A stretch of 64,000 nt of DNA from Octopus vulgaris (lineage: Eukaryota), in contig OX597820.1 of assembly GCA_951406725.2 (NCBI GenBank), forward strand, positions 67,146,001 through 67,210,000. Reading direction: 5' to 3'. The translations under genes were made by a program, and so were the position numbers. The notes beneath the pieces were generated by a model. It saw only the letters and a list, made by a program, of their open reading frames with translations. It did not search any database and was not told the DNA's origin. This document shows positions 30,510 to 44,185 of the stretch, one piece after another (within the stretch, counting starts at the first letter, position 1; each line of letters starts with the position of its first letter).

Positions 30510-30578
<69 letters not shown>
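30302..30578. repeat. (CTT)n(ATT)n compound microsatellite
   Basis: About 210 bp of CTT followed by ~70 bp of ATT. Confidence 0.98.
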
Positions 30579-30581
<3 letters not shown>

Positions 30582-31044
30582 TTATCGACGCCGGTGCGTC
30601 AAACAAAATGCTCGGCGGTATTTATTATGACTCTTTAGATTCCGAGCTAAAATACCGCTGAGGATCAGCTTTACCCTTTATCCTTTCGGAGACAATTAAA
30701 TAAAGTGCCAGTCAAGTACCAGGGGTTGATGTAACCGACTAACACCCCTCCACTTAAAATTACTGACCTTGTAACAAAATTTGAAGCAGTTTCAAATTCT
30801 GCCGAGGTTCGTTTTAACTTTTCATCCTTTTGGGATCAATAAAAAAAAAATCAGTACCAATTGAGCATTGGGATCGATACAATCAACTTCAACCTTCCCC
30901 CAAAATAATTTTAATCCACGTTCTTGTTGTAGAAAGGATTATCATTCCTTTAAACTCAGGTTTTTTTCCCCCAGAGTCTTGCATGAGTAGCAGGTTTGCT
31001 ACCTGTAGCACCATGCTGTTTGTTCTCTTCAACTATCTACTGTC

Positions 31045-31276
31045 TTTTACTCTTTTACTTGTTTCAGTCATGTGACTGTGGCCATGCTGGAGCACCACCT
31101 TTTTTTAGTCGAACAAATAGACCCCCAGGACTTATTCTTTGTAAGCCTAGTACTTATTCGATCGGTCTCTTTTGCCGAACCGCTAAGTTACGGGGACGTA
31201 AACACACCAGCATCGGTTGTCAAGCGATGGTGGGATGACAAACTCAGACACACAAACATATGCACTCACATACATA

Positions 31277-31318
<42 letters not shown>

Positions 31319-31319
31319 C

Positions 31320-31416
<97 letters not shown>

Positions 31417-31590
31417 CATATATACGACGGGCTTCTTTCAGTTTCCGTCAACCAAATCCGCTCACCAGGCTTTGGACGGCCCTAGGCTATAGTAGAAGAC
31501 ATTCGCCCAAGGTGCCACGCAGTGGGAATGAACCCGGAACCATGTGGTTGGTAAGCAAGCTACTTACCCCACAGCCACTCCTGCGCCTAT
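31045..31590 (-). mobile_element. SINE family B with expanded internal (TA)n
   Basis: Full-length copy with a ~145-bp internal TA/CATA tract. Confidence 0.9.
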
Positions 31591-31591
31591 A

Positions 31592-33185
31592 TCTAATACT
31601 TTTTTGATAATTTTGGCTGTGCCCAGGAGCCAAACTTTTTGGACACTCTATTCCCGTTTCCTTTATATTCCTCTTAGTATCTTTTGATAATGTCTTCAAT
31701 AAGTTCGTCTTGTTCGTCTTCCATTATCGGGCTATCTCGTATTTAACCCATAAAGCGCTGGAATTTGCACTTATATAGCATGGACTGCTGAGCACATTTT
31801 ATGGAAATGAGACTACCATGCACACATAAAAAAAACAAAATATAGTTAAAATATCTTCTTAGTATATAATGGTGGCAAGTTTTACAATATCTGAAAAGTC
31901 ATTTGTTGAACTATTAGTCCTCTTGCATTCTGAGGGGTATCGGAGCGTTTGAGTGACATTAGACCCCAACAAACGCCCATAAATTAAATGCATCTATCTG
32001 GGCCACGATCGTGGCCTGTCGACCTGTGCCTGGCGGCCACGATCGTGGCCCGTCGCGCTTTATCGGTTAAGATAATTGTGCACTTCCAATACAACGCCTC
32101 CCTTCTTAACTAACGGTATGTCAAATGGGCATGTAACATCAATTACAGAGCACATATGGTTTACTTTGTCCACCACCACGAATCCGGTTTGTTGTACTCA
32201 AACACCTGGTCCATTTGGATTGGGAAATCCCACAAGATTTTGCAAGTCTCTGACTCAGTCACCCTCTGTGATTTGTGATGATGCCACGTCTTACTTCTTT
32301 CAAATCTCCATTTTTTCAAACAGTTTCCAATGCAAAACTTTCGCTATATCATCATGTCGCCACAACTTATACAGGTTTTGGGCAAGTCTTGGACATTAAT
32401 TTACAATATGGACAATAGTTTCATCAAATTCGTTATATATTCGGCACAACCGAGACACTTGCTCATCTTTAAGACTGTGCTTCTTCATGACCTTGTATTT
32501 CATATTTTGTTTTTTCCCTTTTTTCTTGCTTTCAATATCCCTTCATCTCTATCTACCACTGGCAATGTTCTCTCACTTTGAGTTAGATATCTCAACAAGT
32601 TTTATCTTCATGTCTTGACCTTCTATATTTTTCTATTTATCTTGGATTTCATGCTGTCATTCCGCATTAGCATTATTCTATACAGATTCATCACAGATCC
32701 CACCTTCTCCAAAAGCTATAATTTCATCTGCATCAGGTACCAATGTTTGGTGTAATTGCCCATTTAATTCCTCAAACAGTTTTCTCTTATCGGCTTCAAA
32801 CAATCTCTTCTGCCTTTGTTCAATTGTCGTATCTTTCCAATAATGGTCTTCGTTTCAATTCTTCCAATACCACAGCACATCCTTTATTTTTTTATATTTT
32901 ATATGTTCTTTCCAACCTTATTTTTGTAACTCTTATAACTTTTATAGCAATCTCCTTTTTTCTTCTTTTCCTCCTTTTTTTTTTCATTTTTTCAATCTAT
33001 CAACTTCTCCTAGATCCCTTTCCACAATTTCTTTCGACGTCAATGCGGTTCTTTTCGTTGTTTGTTCTCTTTTGTATCCAACTCTTTCCGCAGTAAACTC
33101 TCCTGCAATTCTGATAATCTTGTTGAAATAATCCAAATACAGAATTCCAATTTTTTTTTTCGGTTTCTGATTTTACCTTACGCCT
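31592..33185 (-). mobile_element. Decayed R4/Dong-like RLE LINE 3' part, interrupted by a piggyBac-type MITE
   Basis: Minus-strand KILWDFPIQMD..YNKPD..IDVTCPFD, RHDD and [11 protein letters not shown] (frameshifted LLGTAKII) relics. Confidence 0.75.
31743..32070. mobile_element. piggyBac-type MITE with TTAA target-site duplication
   Basis: TTAA-CCCATAAAGCGC ... GCGCTTTATCGG-TTAA gives an 11/12 TIR match. The subterminal palindrome GGCCACGATCGTGGCC occurs twice. Confidence 0.8.
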
Positions 33186-33258
33186 AATCCTCCTCCTCAT
33201 CATCATCAGCAGCAGCAGCATCATCATCGTCGTCGTCGTCGTCATCATCATCATCATT

Positions 33259-33291
<33 letters not shown>

Positions 33292-33365
33292 GTCATCGTC
33301 GTCGTCGTCGTCATCATCATCATCATCACTATCATCATTGCTATTACTATTTTTATCATCATTCA
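33186..33365. repeat. Mixed (ATC/GTC/AGC)n trinucleotide repeat
   Basis: Direct reading. Confidence 0.95.
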
Positions 33366-34239
33366 TACTGCCTGCTTTCTCGGCACTAATGTCCTAAGCT
33401 CTCTACGCCTTAGGTACGTACGAACTGTGTCTTGTTTTGTATTTTCTATTGAATTGACAGAACACTACGCAATATGTGTCCATTACCTAACTTCTATTTC
33501 TTGTGCGTTGTGTATATTTTAAGTCCTACGGTGCTGGTTATATATTTTCCGGCAACATTTCTAATCATACTCAAAACATCTGTTAATATACGTATTGTAT
33601 CTGGTTTTAGTTAATTCATTCTGTTTATCTATATTTCAAGATCTTTATATTTTTATAATTTTTCCATTTCTTTTTGACAGTGAGTGATTCTTTTATATAG
33701 AGGCACTTCATTTTCTTTGGTGGTACTTGAGGAAGTCTCCCGATTAGTTCGTTGAATCCTTAAAGCAGAAGAATTCTGTTCCTTATAATATCAGTACAGA
33801 AAAAAAAAAACTCCGTTCTACTGATGGACAAAAGACAATTAGATATAACGTGTGCTGTAAGATTCACATATACATAAGAAAACAGACGCACACATATTCT
33901 TCTACTAAGAAATGTTTGTATACAACTACACATACAAAACACACATACGCACATTAATACACACAATGCTTATTCACAAGCACACCCAGAAACACAAACA
34001 AACACGCATACACACACAGATATATATATATATATATGTAAGAAAGTTGGTTTGTGAAAGCACGTGGGTGAATATATAGAAAATAGTAAAAAGTGAAAAA
34101 GCTACAGAAGGCTTAAATGTTAAAAAATATATATATTTGCGTCAATATGTCTGAAGAATATAAGAAAAATTTTTTTTTTTTCTCTTATAATGACATAATT
34201 TAGAAGAAAGACCGGTTTCGTGTATAGCTTTTCAAATTT

Positions 34240-34790
<551 letters not shown>

Positions 34791-35372
34791 TATATATTTT
34801 ATGACGTGAGCATACACGTCTGGTGTAAAATGGTTTTAAGCAAATAAATAGTTGGTTGTGGTTATCTAAAAGTAACCTATGGGAGAAATACATATTAGCA
34901 AAAAACGCACTCCGTACTACTCGAACGTAGGTACGATTCTCAGAGTTCACTGTTCAACTGCCGACTGTTAAACCAACGTCGAACTAACACGGTAAACCAA
35001 CACGTTCGAACTAATACCGTCAACTACTCTCCTGATAGTTCACTCAGTTCTTATTTATTGTAATCCATTAGACCACCTTCGTTCACGTGGGAGTGTTCAG
35101 GATTCTCCCATAACAATAAACATATGCATTTAATCACTCATATAATACACAGGCGCAGGAGTGGGTGTGTGGTAAGTAGATTGCTTACCAACGTCATGGT
35201 TCCGGATTCAGTCTCACTGCGTGGCACCTTGGGCAAGTGTCTTCTACTATAGCCTCGGGCCGACCAAAGCCTTGTAAGTGGATTTTGTGGACGGAAACTG
35301 AAAGAAGCCTGTCAAACAAACACACACACACACACTCACACACACACACACACACACATATATAGAGAGAGA

Positions 35373-35617
35373 GGGAGAATTCACAAAAAAACAAAAGACG
35401 AAGACAGATGGTGTAGACAACAAACATATGTATTAGTTTAACGCTCGGGAATTGAAAAAGTCTTTAACGTTTCGAACCTACGCTCTTCCACAGAAAGGAA
35501 CACTGAAAGGAACAGAGATAGAAAATAAAGAATGTGTAGTGGCTAGCCATCTATCATGGCGGATGCCGAACAGAGGGGTCACATAGGGGAGCTAGGAAGA
35601 AGGGGAGGTAATAAAGT
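35373..35617 (-). mobile_element. Short HHR-bearing Penelope-like element, copy B
   Basis: Homologous to copies A, C and D; sits in the SINE's internal microsatellite. Confidence 0.75.
35462..35497 (-). ncRNA. Minimal hammerhead motif with variant core CUGUGGA
   Basis: cttt-CTGTGGA-a-gagc-gtag-gttc-GAAAC-GTT-aaag. Confidence 0.68.
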
Positions 35618-35869
35618 ATATGTTTATGTGTCTGTGTTTGTTCCCCCACCATCGTTTGACAACTGATATTAGTGTGTTTACGTCCTCGTAACTTAGCAGT
35701 TCTGCAAAAGAGACCGAAAGATTTGTTTGACTAAAGGCGGTGCTCCAGCATGGCCGCAGTCAAATGACTGAATCAAATAAAAGTGTAAAAAGAATACCAT
35801 CCGAAGAAAGGACTCTCCGCGGATAAATGTAGAGAATTACCCTGTTATTGAATACATACATAAGCAACA

Positions 35870-36310
35870 CAAGAATTCCACCAAGTTCAAATACAGAAGG
35901 CCAGATATCGATGTTTCGAATAGGAAAGAAAATGCACGCATCGTCATAGAGATCAGCTGCCCTACTGTTGTGAACATCTCTTCGAAAATCAAAGAGAGCA
36001 ATGAAACATACTGACTGCTGCTCCGAGACCTCCAGCTTTTATATTCGGATTATAAATTCACATTTATACCAATGATAAATGGTGCACTTGGTATCAATGA
36101 TAAATGGTACAGCTTTCAGAAAAAGAAACCAACCAGCTAAAGCGCAAGCTGCAAATATAATCCGTAATTTGAAGTTCAAAATTTGTCGTTATTTTTGTTT
36201 CCTACACTCCAAAGATGGAGCTTAATATATTTGTTACAAACCAGCTCCTTCCTTACTCAAAGACATCAAATAATTAAAAACATAGAGAACATACATACAT
36301 ACGTACATTC
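35870..36310 (+). mobile_element. Decayed RLE-LINE 3' fragment related to 4085-4695
   Basis: RRPDI...IEISCP..VN...LLRDLQLLYSDYKFTFIPMINGALG; ends in CATA repeats. Confidence 0.72.
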
Positions 36311-36706
36311 ATACACACATGCTAAGCTTTAGAGCTAAAAGTCGTGACTTCATCGTAGTTCAACATGGAGAATTGCCACAAAGAGCTATGATTTCCATGT
36401 AACATAATGTAATGAGTTAGAAGCAGAAGTCATTGCTTCAATATGACGCCATCTAAAGAATTACAAATAAATGAAAAAGAGTTAAAAGTAATTATTTTGG
36501 GAGAAGAATATTGAACACATTTTAAAGTTTAGATAAGTTGATTTAGAAATATTTCAATTTATAGAGAAATTTTAGTCATTCTCCTTGGAAATTTTAATAA
36601 TGAATTTAGAAACAATGAACAATTAATTTAAATTAATTTAAGTTTAATAGACGTTTTTATGAGATTTAATAAATTCATTAAAACTTCCTAAATTAATTTA
36701 CGAAGT

Positions 36707-36759
36707 ATGAATGTGTATGTTTGTATATGTATATGTATATATGTATATGTATATATATG

Positions 36760-36812
<53 letters not shown>

Positions 36813-36936
36813 CATACATACATATATACATAGATACGTATATATATATACATAGATACGTATATATATATATATATATATATACATATGTATATATATA
36901 TATATATACATATGCATACATATATACATAGATACG

Positions 36937-36968
<32 letters not shown>

Positions 36969-37021
36969 TATACATATATATATAGTTCTTAGACGCACGC
37001 ATTTATATAAATACATATATG

Positions 37022-37073
<52 letters not shown>

Positions 37074-37078
37074 CGCAA

Positions 37079-37113
<35 letters not shown>

Positions 37114-37223
37114 CTAGCATCGATATATGTGTGTGGGTGTGTATATGTGATTGTCTATATGTCTATATCTGTCTGTGTATGAATGTGTGTGTGTGTGTAG
37201 TGTGTGTATGTGTGTGTGTGTGT

Positions 37224-37266
<43 letters not shown>
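36707..37266. repeat. Degenerate TA/CA/TG microsatellite block
   Basis: Direct reading. Confidence 0.93.
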
Positions 37267-37268
<2 letters not shown>

Positions 37269-37434
37269 AAAGAAAGAAGTAGAGATGGTGAGAGCGTTGA
37301 GGAATTAATTTTAAAATTGCAATAAATGTATTTAAAATTTCAAATAAATCTATAACTTTACCTTGAGAACTTGTGCAATTCTCTTCATAAATTCATTAGC
37401 GTTATTTCGCTCTGTTTCATTTCTATATTTTCAG

Positions 37435-37536
37435 GAAAACGGCTTCACTCCATTAATAATTGCTGCCAATGAAACCAAATACATCATCGCAGAACGTCTA
37501 ATCGATCTGGGAGCCAACATTAATGCGCAGGCGCAT
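37435..37536 (+). CDS. Internal coding exon encoding one ankyrin repeat; resembles the first ankyrin repeat of NOMPC/TRPN mechanosensory channels
   Basis: Pyrimidine-rich acceptor ...TTTCTATATTTTCAG and donor GTAAGT. 102 bp, phase 0/0. Peptide ENGFTPLIIAANETKYIIAERLIDLGANINAQAH fits the ankyrin consensus G.TPL..A......I...L...GA.IN. The TRPN assignment is from recalled similarity only. Confidence 0.85.
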
Positions 37537-38286
37537 GTAAGTCGCATAATTTCTAAACATGAGACATTTGTCTTCTCGATGATTTCAATTATTTTTGTTA
37601 TCGTTAAAACTGTTGTTGATGTTATTGCTATTGTTGTTTTATTATGCCGAGGCATGGCAAGGGACAGGGTCATGTCCATTCCTCTGTTTCTCTGTTCCTC
37701 TTCTTTTATTTGATTAATAGGAATAACAGAAATTGAGTCGTACGTAAAACTACACAGACACAAGCACACAGCCTTCCTTAATTGTAGTAAAACGAATTTG
37801 ACATCTTCCCCGGTAGTATTCAAAACGTTTTACATAAAACAAATATAGAATTAATATTCACTTATTTATACAGTTGATCACACTACAGCCGTTTCGACGG
37901 AAAGTTTTATTAAGTATGATGTTATATAATTTGTAATCATGTCCACGCATCTGATCCAGGAATATGATTAAGGTATATGATCCAGGAGCAGGAAGACTTA
38001 TTTCAAAAAGGTCATACGAAAAAATTTGACTGAGAAAAACTAAAATATACAGAAATAGCATAAAAATTTTGGTTATATAAGATGTGATCGTGAATGGAGT
38101 TTATGGAAGAGCAAAACAGTTCTAGCTTTATGGTTCAAAGTCAGGCGAGAAATGCAACTCCCCTTTCACATGAATTTTTATATTTCTGTTATAGTGGCTC
38201 AGAAACTGTATCAAATTCCCCCGATAATATCTCGGATTAATACAGATTAAATTAAATAAGAGATACTATCTGTTATGTAAATATGT

Positions 38287-38500
38287 TGGCGAGCAGGCGG
38301 TATCGTTTGCACGCCGGGGAAAATGCCTTAGCGGCCATTTGTCCGTCTTTACTTTCTGAGTTCAAATTCCGTTGAGGTTGGCTTTGCCTTTCATCTTTTC
38401 GGGGTCGATAAATTAAGTATCAGTTGAGTACTGGGGTCGAGGCAATCAACTTACCACCTTCTTCCCCGAAATTGCTGGCCAATCAAATTTGAAATCAATG
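38287..38500 (+). mobile_element. SINE family A
   Basis: GGCGAGCAGGCGG...GAGTTCAAATTCC...TTTGCCTTTCATCTTTTCGGGGTCGATAAATTAAGTA. Confidence 0.8.
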
Positions 38501-38824
38501 TGTATTATGCAAATGATAGTGTAAAATAAGATAACCACATAGATACTACAACAATACAGATGTAGTAACTGTATCTTACCAAGCAAGGTGACGAAATAAT
38601 ATAAGTTTGATAATGGTTACAATGTAAACAATATAGCTTAACAATACACCAATGACTTGCTAAACAAAACAGAAATGCAAAGCTGAAGGGTGATAATAAA
38701 ATATAATACTATGAGGTAATAACATTTTATGAACTGGATAAGATTGTTGCACATTTTAAGGTAGTATGCAATGAGGTTCTATGAAGCAACTGTGTTGCTG
38801 TTAATATTAAGATAAAACACTATG

Positions 38825-38869
<45 letters not shown>

Positions 38870-40480
38870 GAAAATTAAAATTAAAAAGAAATTTTTTTAA
38901 TAATATAAAGTAAAAGATTCGCAGATTATATCGTAGGAGAGAGATCTGTTCAAGACAGGAAAATACTAGCTTCAATTAAGGCTAGATATAAGGTTCAAAT
39001 CTACAATATGATACTTACATCAATCTCGTCCTGGGTCAGGAATGGTTTGAGCTCGTGTACGATATGCGTACGTTATGCTAGCATGTTGTCACCATGTCAG
39101 TTATTTTATTTAGAAGCAATGTGTTTGCGAAGAAGATACAACGTGTTTCCTCTCTTCATAAATAACACTGTGTTCCATCGCACTGGCATTCGTTGTAATT
39201 TTGTTGTGTTTTGTTGGCAATTTGAATTAATGGAATATAGTCTTGGATCAGTGTATTTTCAATTGGCTTTATATTTTCTATTTGTATTGCTTGTATTCTT
39301 GCACGGTGAATTTCTATATCTGTTTAACATCGCAATGGTTTGAACTTTATTAGAAGTAACTAAGTAAGAGAGTTAAGCAGTGTTGCACTAAAATGCTTTA
39401 TAATGTTTATATTTTCTAGGGAAGTGTTTGTGAGATAGGGAAAAGAGAAGCCCAGCAATCGGCGTAGCCATCTCCAAGTTATGGGGCAGATTATAACATA
39501 TATTTCTTGATTTACATCTGTTTCTATTGCAGGGTATATTCTTATTTATTTTCTTTGATATATTTTACATGCTACGTTAATCCATTACTTCTTTGGAGTT
39601 AGCTGTAGTGCGGAGTGAAATTATTAAACAACCGTTCGTTAACCGAAATTCTTGTTATTCTATGAAAAACATTTTTATCAGGATCTTGGTTATAGACTTA
39701 GGTTGCTTAGAGAATTTACTAATGTTAAATAACTTGTTAAATTTTCTATAGGGATACTAGATGACATTATCAAGGTTTAGGGTCACGTCCATGAACTTAG
39801 CTACACAGAGAATACATTCAAAAATTACCTTAATACCTAATTCACTAGAGAACTTGTAGCGGTCCCTGCAAGTACTTTCTAATTTATTATATGAAAGCTG
39901 TTACTGCGGCAAGTTCATCATCTCTATATAGAATGTTTCCCACCAGCATTGAGAATCTGTCCTCTTTTTTGGAGGGTGTGAAGCCCAACTAAGTCCGTAA
40001 CTTACACCAAATCACTTGCACCCATGCTTATATCAAAGAGAGAGTTTGGTGATTTTTGAAAACCCATCATGAATTCTCAGATTTGACAACTGCTTTCTTT
40101 GCATGAAAGATAATTTCGGTTTCATATTCTTTAATGCATATCTAATTGCATCTTTGAAAAGGAGTTATGTAATGGATGCATAAAAAGTTTCACCATCGGG
40201 CTGTATAAACTTAGAATTACCTTATTATCTTTACTTCGGAATCACTCATTATAATCATCATAATTCTAAGTTTATTATCTGACGTTTTCTAATATCTTCC
40301 AAATGATTCTAAATTTTCTGATATTGTTATTTTTTAATAACCAGATATGATTTGACAAGTTTGTGTTAAAAAATCTTTCAAGATTTGTCAAAGTATACTT
40401 ATGATTGGATCTTAACTTGAAAAAACTTCGTTTAACGCGAGTAATCATTAGAAGCTGGAAAATGCTTTGCAATTGATTTA
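38870..40480 (-). mobile_element. Decayed Penelope-like element fragments (RT and GIY-YIG relics)
   Basis: ORF 40275-40472 reads FKLRSNH...TNLSNHIWLLK...IIWKIL, matching the Penelope GIY-YIG C-terminal pattern. The left end abuts (TA)n. Confidence 0.65.
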
Positions 40481-40719
40481 GAAAGACAAATTATTTAGTG
40501 ATCATTTTACTGGATTAAAACAAGTGCCGCCTAAGAATGTTTCCTATTAATATTTGCTATTTCACTTTCAAAAATTTATGTATAACTGTAATTCAACATT
40601 TTCCTAGTGACGTTTGGGGGGAAAATATTTATTAAATATATACAATTTTTAGCGCTATTTGCACGTATATTCAGATCAAACGGAGCATTATACCACTATA
40701 CCAGGACCGAGCCATCAGA

Positions 40720-41235
40720 ATCGATAGCGAGTCGAACAAAATACTTAGAGACATTTCTTCAGGATCATACAGGATCTGCTGAGGTCGACTTTGCCTTTTA
40801 TCTTTTCGGGGTCCATAAAATAGGCACCGGTTGAGCACTGAGGTCGATGTAATTGACATATACCTTCTCGTAAAATTTTCGCCTTATGCCGAAATTTGAA
40901 ACCATTATTCATTATTCATTAATGATATCAATGTCATTTTTAATGATGATCCCAAATTTTGACACAAGGCTAGTAATTTCTGGGGGAAGGGTAAGTCAAT
41001 GACCACGACCCCAGTGCTCAACTGCTATTTATTTCATCGACCCCGAAAGGGTGTGAGGCAAAGTCGACTCCGGTGGCATTTGAACTCAAAACGTAAAGCA
41101 GAATCATTACCGCACCGATTCTGCCAGCTCGCTGCCTTGATGTCATTTTATAATAATCCTTTCAACTATAGGCACAAGGCCTGAAATTGTGGTGGTGGTG
41201 GGGCGAGATTAGTCGATTACATTGATCCCAGTTGT
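40720..41235. mobile_element. Cluster of family A SINE fragments in both orientations
   Basis: Plus copy at ~40720-40900; minus copies at ~40955-41235. Confidence 0.7.
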
Positions 41236-41239
41236 TAAC

Positions 41240-41373
41240 AGTACATGGAGGCTTTTAAAAGTCCAAATACACGTTAAATAAATACTGAAAATATGGTGTC
41301 CCTACTTCGCGGAAATTCTGTTATCGCGGCCGGCCTCGGAACCAATCTACCGCGATAAACGAGGGATCACTGT
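41240..41373. mobile_element. Tigger/pogo-type MITE, right end
   Basis: CCGCGATAAACGAGGGATCACTGTA is similar to the right end of 63489-63707. Confidence 0.65.
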
Positions 41374-42898
41374 ACACCCCAATGATACCGTAACCAATCA
41401 GTCGCAAGATAATGATTTCCTCTATTAGATTTAGGGTGGTGGTCCAGGATAAAGCCAGTCTGTCTATGACTTTGATTCGTAACATGCACGAATGGGTGAG
41501 AATACTTTCCTGTAATTCACTAAGACTGCCGCCAAGTTTGTCCTGTACCACCACATCTCTAAGGTGACAATTTTGTTGATTAGAACTTGCTCGGCAAATC
41601 CCCAAGCTCCTTCCTTCCCAAATGCTTCTTCAACTTTAATGATATTACTTTCACCTGTGACACTGGAAGAACAAATTCAGATTGATATACATTTTATGCA
41701 TTAAATTTTGTCATGCAAATGGATGGTAGTCTTTTCGTCCTATATTTGCTTGTTAGATGAATTCGTTCCTTATTTTATTTTTCTCCTTGGCACTCCATCG
41801 TCATATATCTGTAAATAGTCAAATTTCAAAACCCATTAACAGAAGTTGTAGAGAAAGAATAGAGTTACAAAACGCCAGAAAACACTACGATGAAAATATT
41901 TTTCGTGTTAATTTAAGTAACATTGAAAAGGATTAAAATATTGGAAACAAAAAAAAAAGCAGAAAAAAACGAATGTATCTGACGAATCAATTCGTGACTG
42001 TTTTGGAGTATCAGTTTTGTTTCTACCAACGCCAACCACCTTGGTTTATTTACATCTCCACTGACATCTTGCTAGTAAAGATCGTTCAGACATCGATAAA
42101 AAGTTAGTTTTTCTGTATCAGTCTTCAACAGTGAAGTCTAATTAGTTTAGAGTGATTTTTTTTTTTTTTCAACTAAGGTGGCAAGCTGGCAAAATCGTTA
42201 CGGCGCCGAACAAAAACGCTTTATGCTCTGAGCTCAAACACTGCCGAAGTCAACTTTTCTTTCATACTGTCCGAGTCAAGAAAATAAAGTACTGAATCAA
42301 CTACCCCTCCTCTAATATATTGCTGGCATTGTGCCAGAATTAGAAAGGATTGTTTTTCTTTCAACTACTTTCTTCTAATAATGAGGTTTTCCTCTGGCGA
42401 CTTCTAATTCCTGTTTAAGGGTGATCAATTTATACTCAAGAATTTTGCTTTGTTCACTCCAACATCATTGCTGTTATAATTTGTTTTTTTTTTACTTTTG
42501 TTTGCGGGAAGTTGAGGTTTTTCTGTGTGTTTTTGTTATGTAATAATTATCACCACATGATTGAATGTCTTTCACAGATCAACGATTTTTTTTCTTTTTG
42601 CATGGCGACATTTTATTTTCTTTTGCTTTTGGTTACTTCCTTACTATCTCCGAAGTATTATATTGCAATCGTCGCGAGCGCATGTAAACAAGCGTAAATT
42701 TATCAAAATGAAGGGACACTACTTTATTGCAAATATTTACTCCCAATTTCGTTAATTACTTTCATCATTAAGTCAGTCTCTAATCAATGCTAACCAAATA
42801 AGATCTGTCATATAGCGTACTAATCTCTTTGTGGAGCATTTCACGTTCCATTTGTTTATATTTTTCGCTCTTCCAGTTCATATCATCACTGCTGCTGC

Positions 42899-43324
42899 CA
42901 GGGCCGGATTAAGACCCATCGAGGCCTGAAGCACTTAAAAGATTTTGGTGCCCCCATAAAAGATTATGTAATTTAAAATATAAACTATAAAAAACCTTGA
43001 AATAAATTTCTATTTTTCAAAACGAAACAATACAGTAAGAGGGAAAATAATGTTTATTTTTGTATACTTCCACTTTATTTATATTTGAAAAGTTTCCTCC
43101 TGGTTTTTTGAATGGCAAAGTCTTTGATCAGAGCCTCAAAATTAATCTTAGGTAACACATCTGCATCTATACTTGGTAGAGATAAAGGCTTCTCGAATAT
43201 TATTTTAGCATGTTTAAAGTGATTTCTTTTGTGCCGTAAACCATTTACCATTTCTGTGGTTCCCCCTCCTTGCCTTGGTGCCCTAAGCACGTGCTTATTT
43301 TGCTTAATGGTTAATCCAGCGCTG
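42899..43324 (-). mobile_element. Non-autonomous hAT element with a transposase C-terminal relic
   Basis: TIRs CAGGGCCGGATTAA and TTAATCCAGCGCTG; 8-bp flanks GCTGCTGC and GTTGCTAC. Peptide SIDADVLPKINFEALIKDFAIQKTRRKLF resembles the end of the hAT dimerisation region. Confidence 0.8.
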
Positions 43325-43589
43325 GTTGCTACAGTCATTGACATATTTGTATAAACCTTCAGTTTTACTGTGAGGTCACAAAGTTATAGACAAGGCTTTA
43401 CCAAGAGCATGTTCATGCAGTGTACTTCGTACACTGCTCCCACTTAATGGGATAAAATCACACTTAGCGCTTTCGGGTGTGGTATGATGAGGATGTACAT
43501 TAATCTATTATCATCATGCGTTCCACAAATATTGTTTTGTGGCATAAACGTTTCATCGCGAAATATTTTAAACACTGGCTAAAACTCTC

Positions 43590-44185
43590 TGTTTTACTCT
43601 TTTACTTGTTTCAGTCATTTGACTGCGGCCATGCTGGAGCACCGCTTTTATTCTTTGGAAGCCTAGTACTTATTCTATCAGTCTCTTTTGCCGAACCGCT
43701 AAATTACGGGGACGTAAATACACCAGCATCGGTTGTCAAGCGATGTTGGGGGGACAAACGCAGACACACAAACATATACACACACACATAAATATATATA
43801 TATATGTATATATACGACGGGCTTCTTTCAGTTTCCGTCAACCAATTCCACTCACAAGGCTTTGGTCGGCCCGAGGCTATAGTAGAAGACACTTTCCCAA
43901 GGTGCCACGCAGTGGTACTGAACCCGGAACTATGTCGTTCGTAAGCAAGCTACTTACCACACAGCAAATCCTGCGTGTGTATGTCAAAAATAAGGCCAGC
44001 AAGTTCGAGGAAGCGGGTAAGTCGATTACATCGATCCCAGTGCTCAACTGGTGCTTATTTTATCGACCCCGAAAGGATGGAAAGCAAAGTCGACCAAGGC
44101 GGAATTTGAACTCGGAACATAAAGACGAACGAAATGCCACTAAACGTTTTGCCCGGAGTCCTAACGAGTCTGCCAGATCACTACC
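43590..44185 (-). mobile_element. Adjacent SINE family B (43590-43975) and family A (43990-44185)
   Basis: Consensus motifs of both families on the minus strand. Confidence 0.85.

Larger units (their letters stand above)
35150..35794 (+). mobile_element. SINE family B split by an HHR-bearing insertion
   Basis: Head at 35150-35315, tail at 35618-35794. Confidence 0.85.

Noticed and set aside
30292-30661. Poly-R/poly-L ORFs (also poly-D, poly-S and poly-Y ORFs at ~14800, 26800, 28450, 33200 and 57300)
   Set aside because: Trinucleotide microsatellites with no splice or domain support.
37363-37823. Full ORFs 37363-37713 (+) and 37431-37823 (-)
   Set aside because: Only 37435-37536 is ankyrin-like and bounded by splice sites; the rest is intron read-through or antisense shadow.
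37880-37902. GAAAC-GGCT-GTA half-hammerhead on the minus strand (similar at ~21708-21725)
   Set aside because: No matching CTGANGA half found nearby, so it was not counted.
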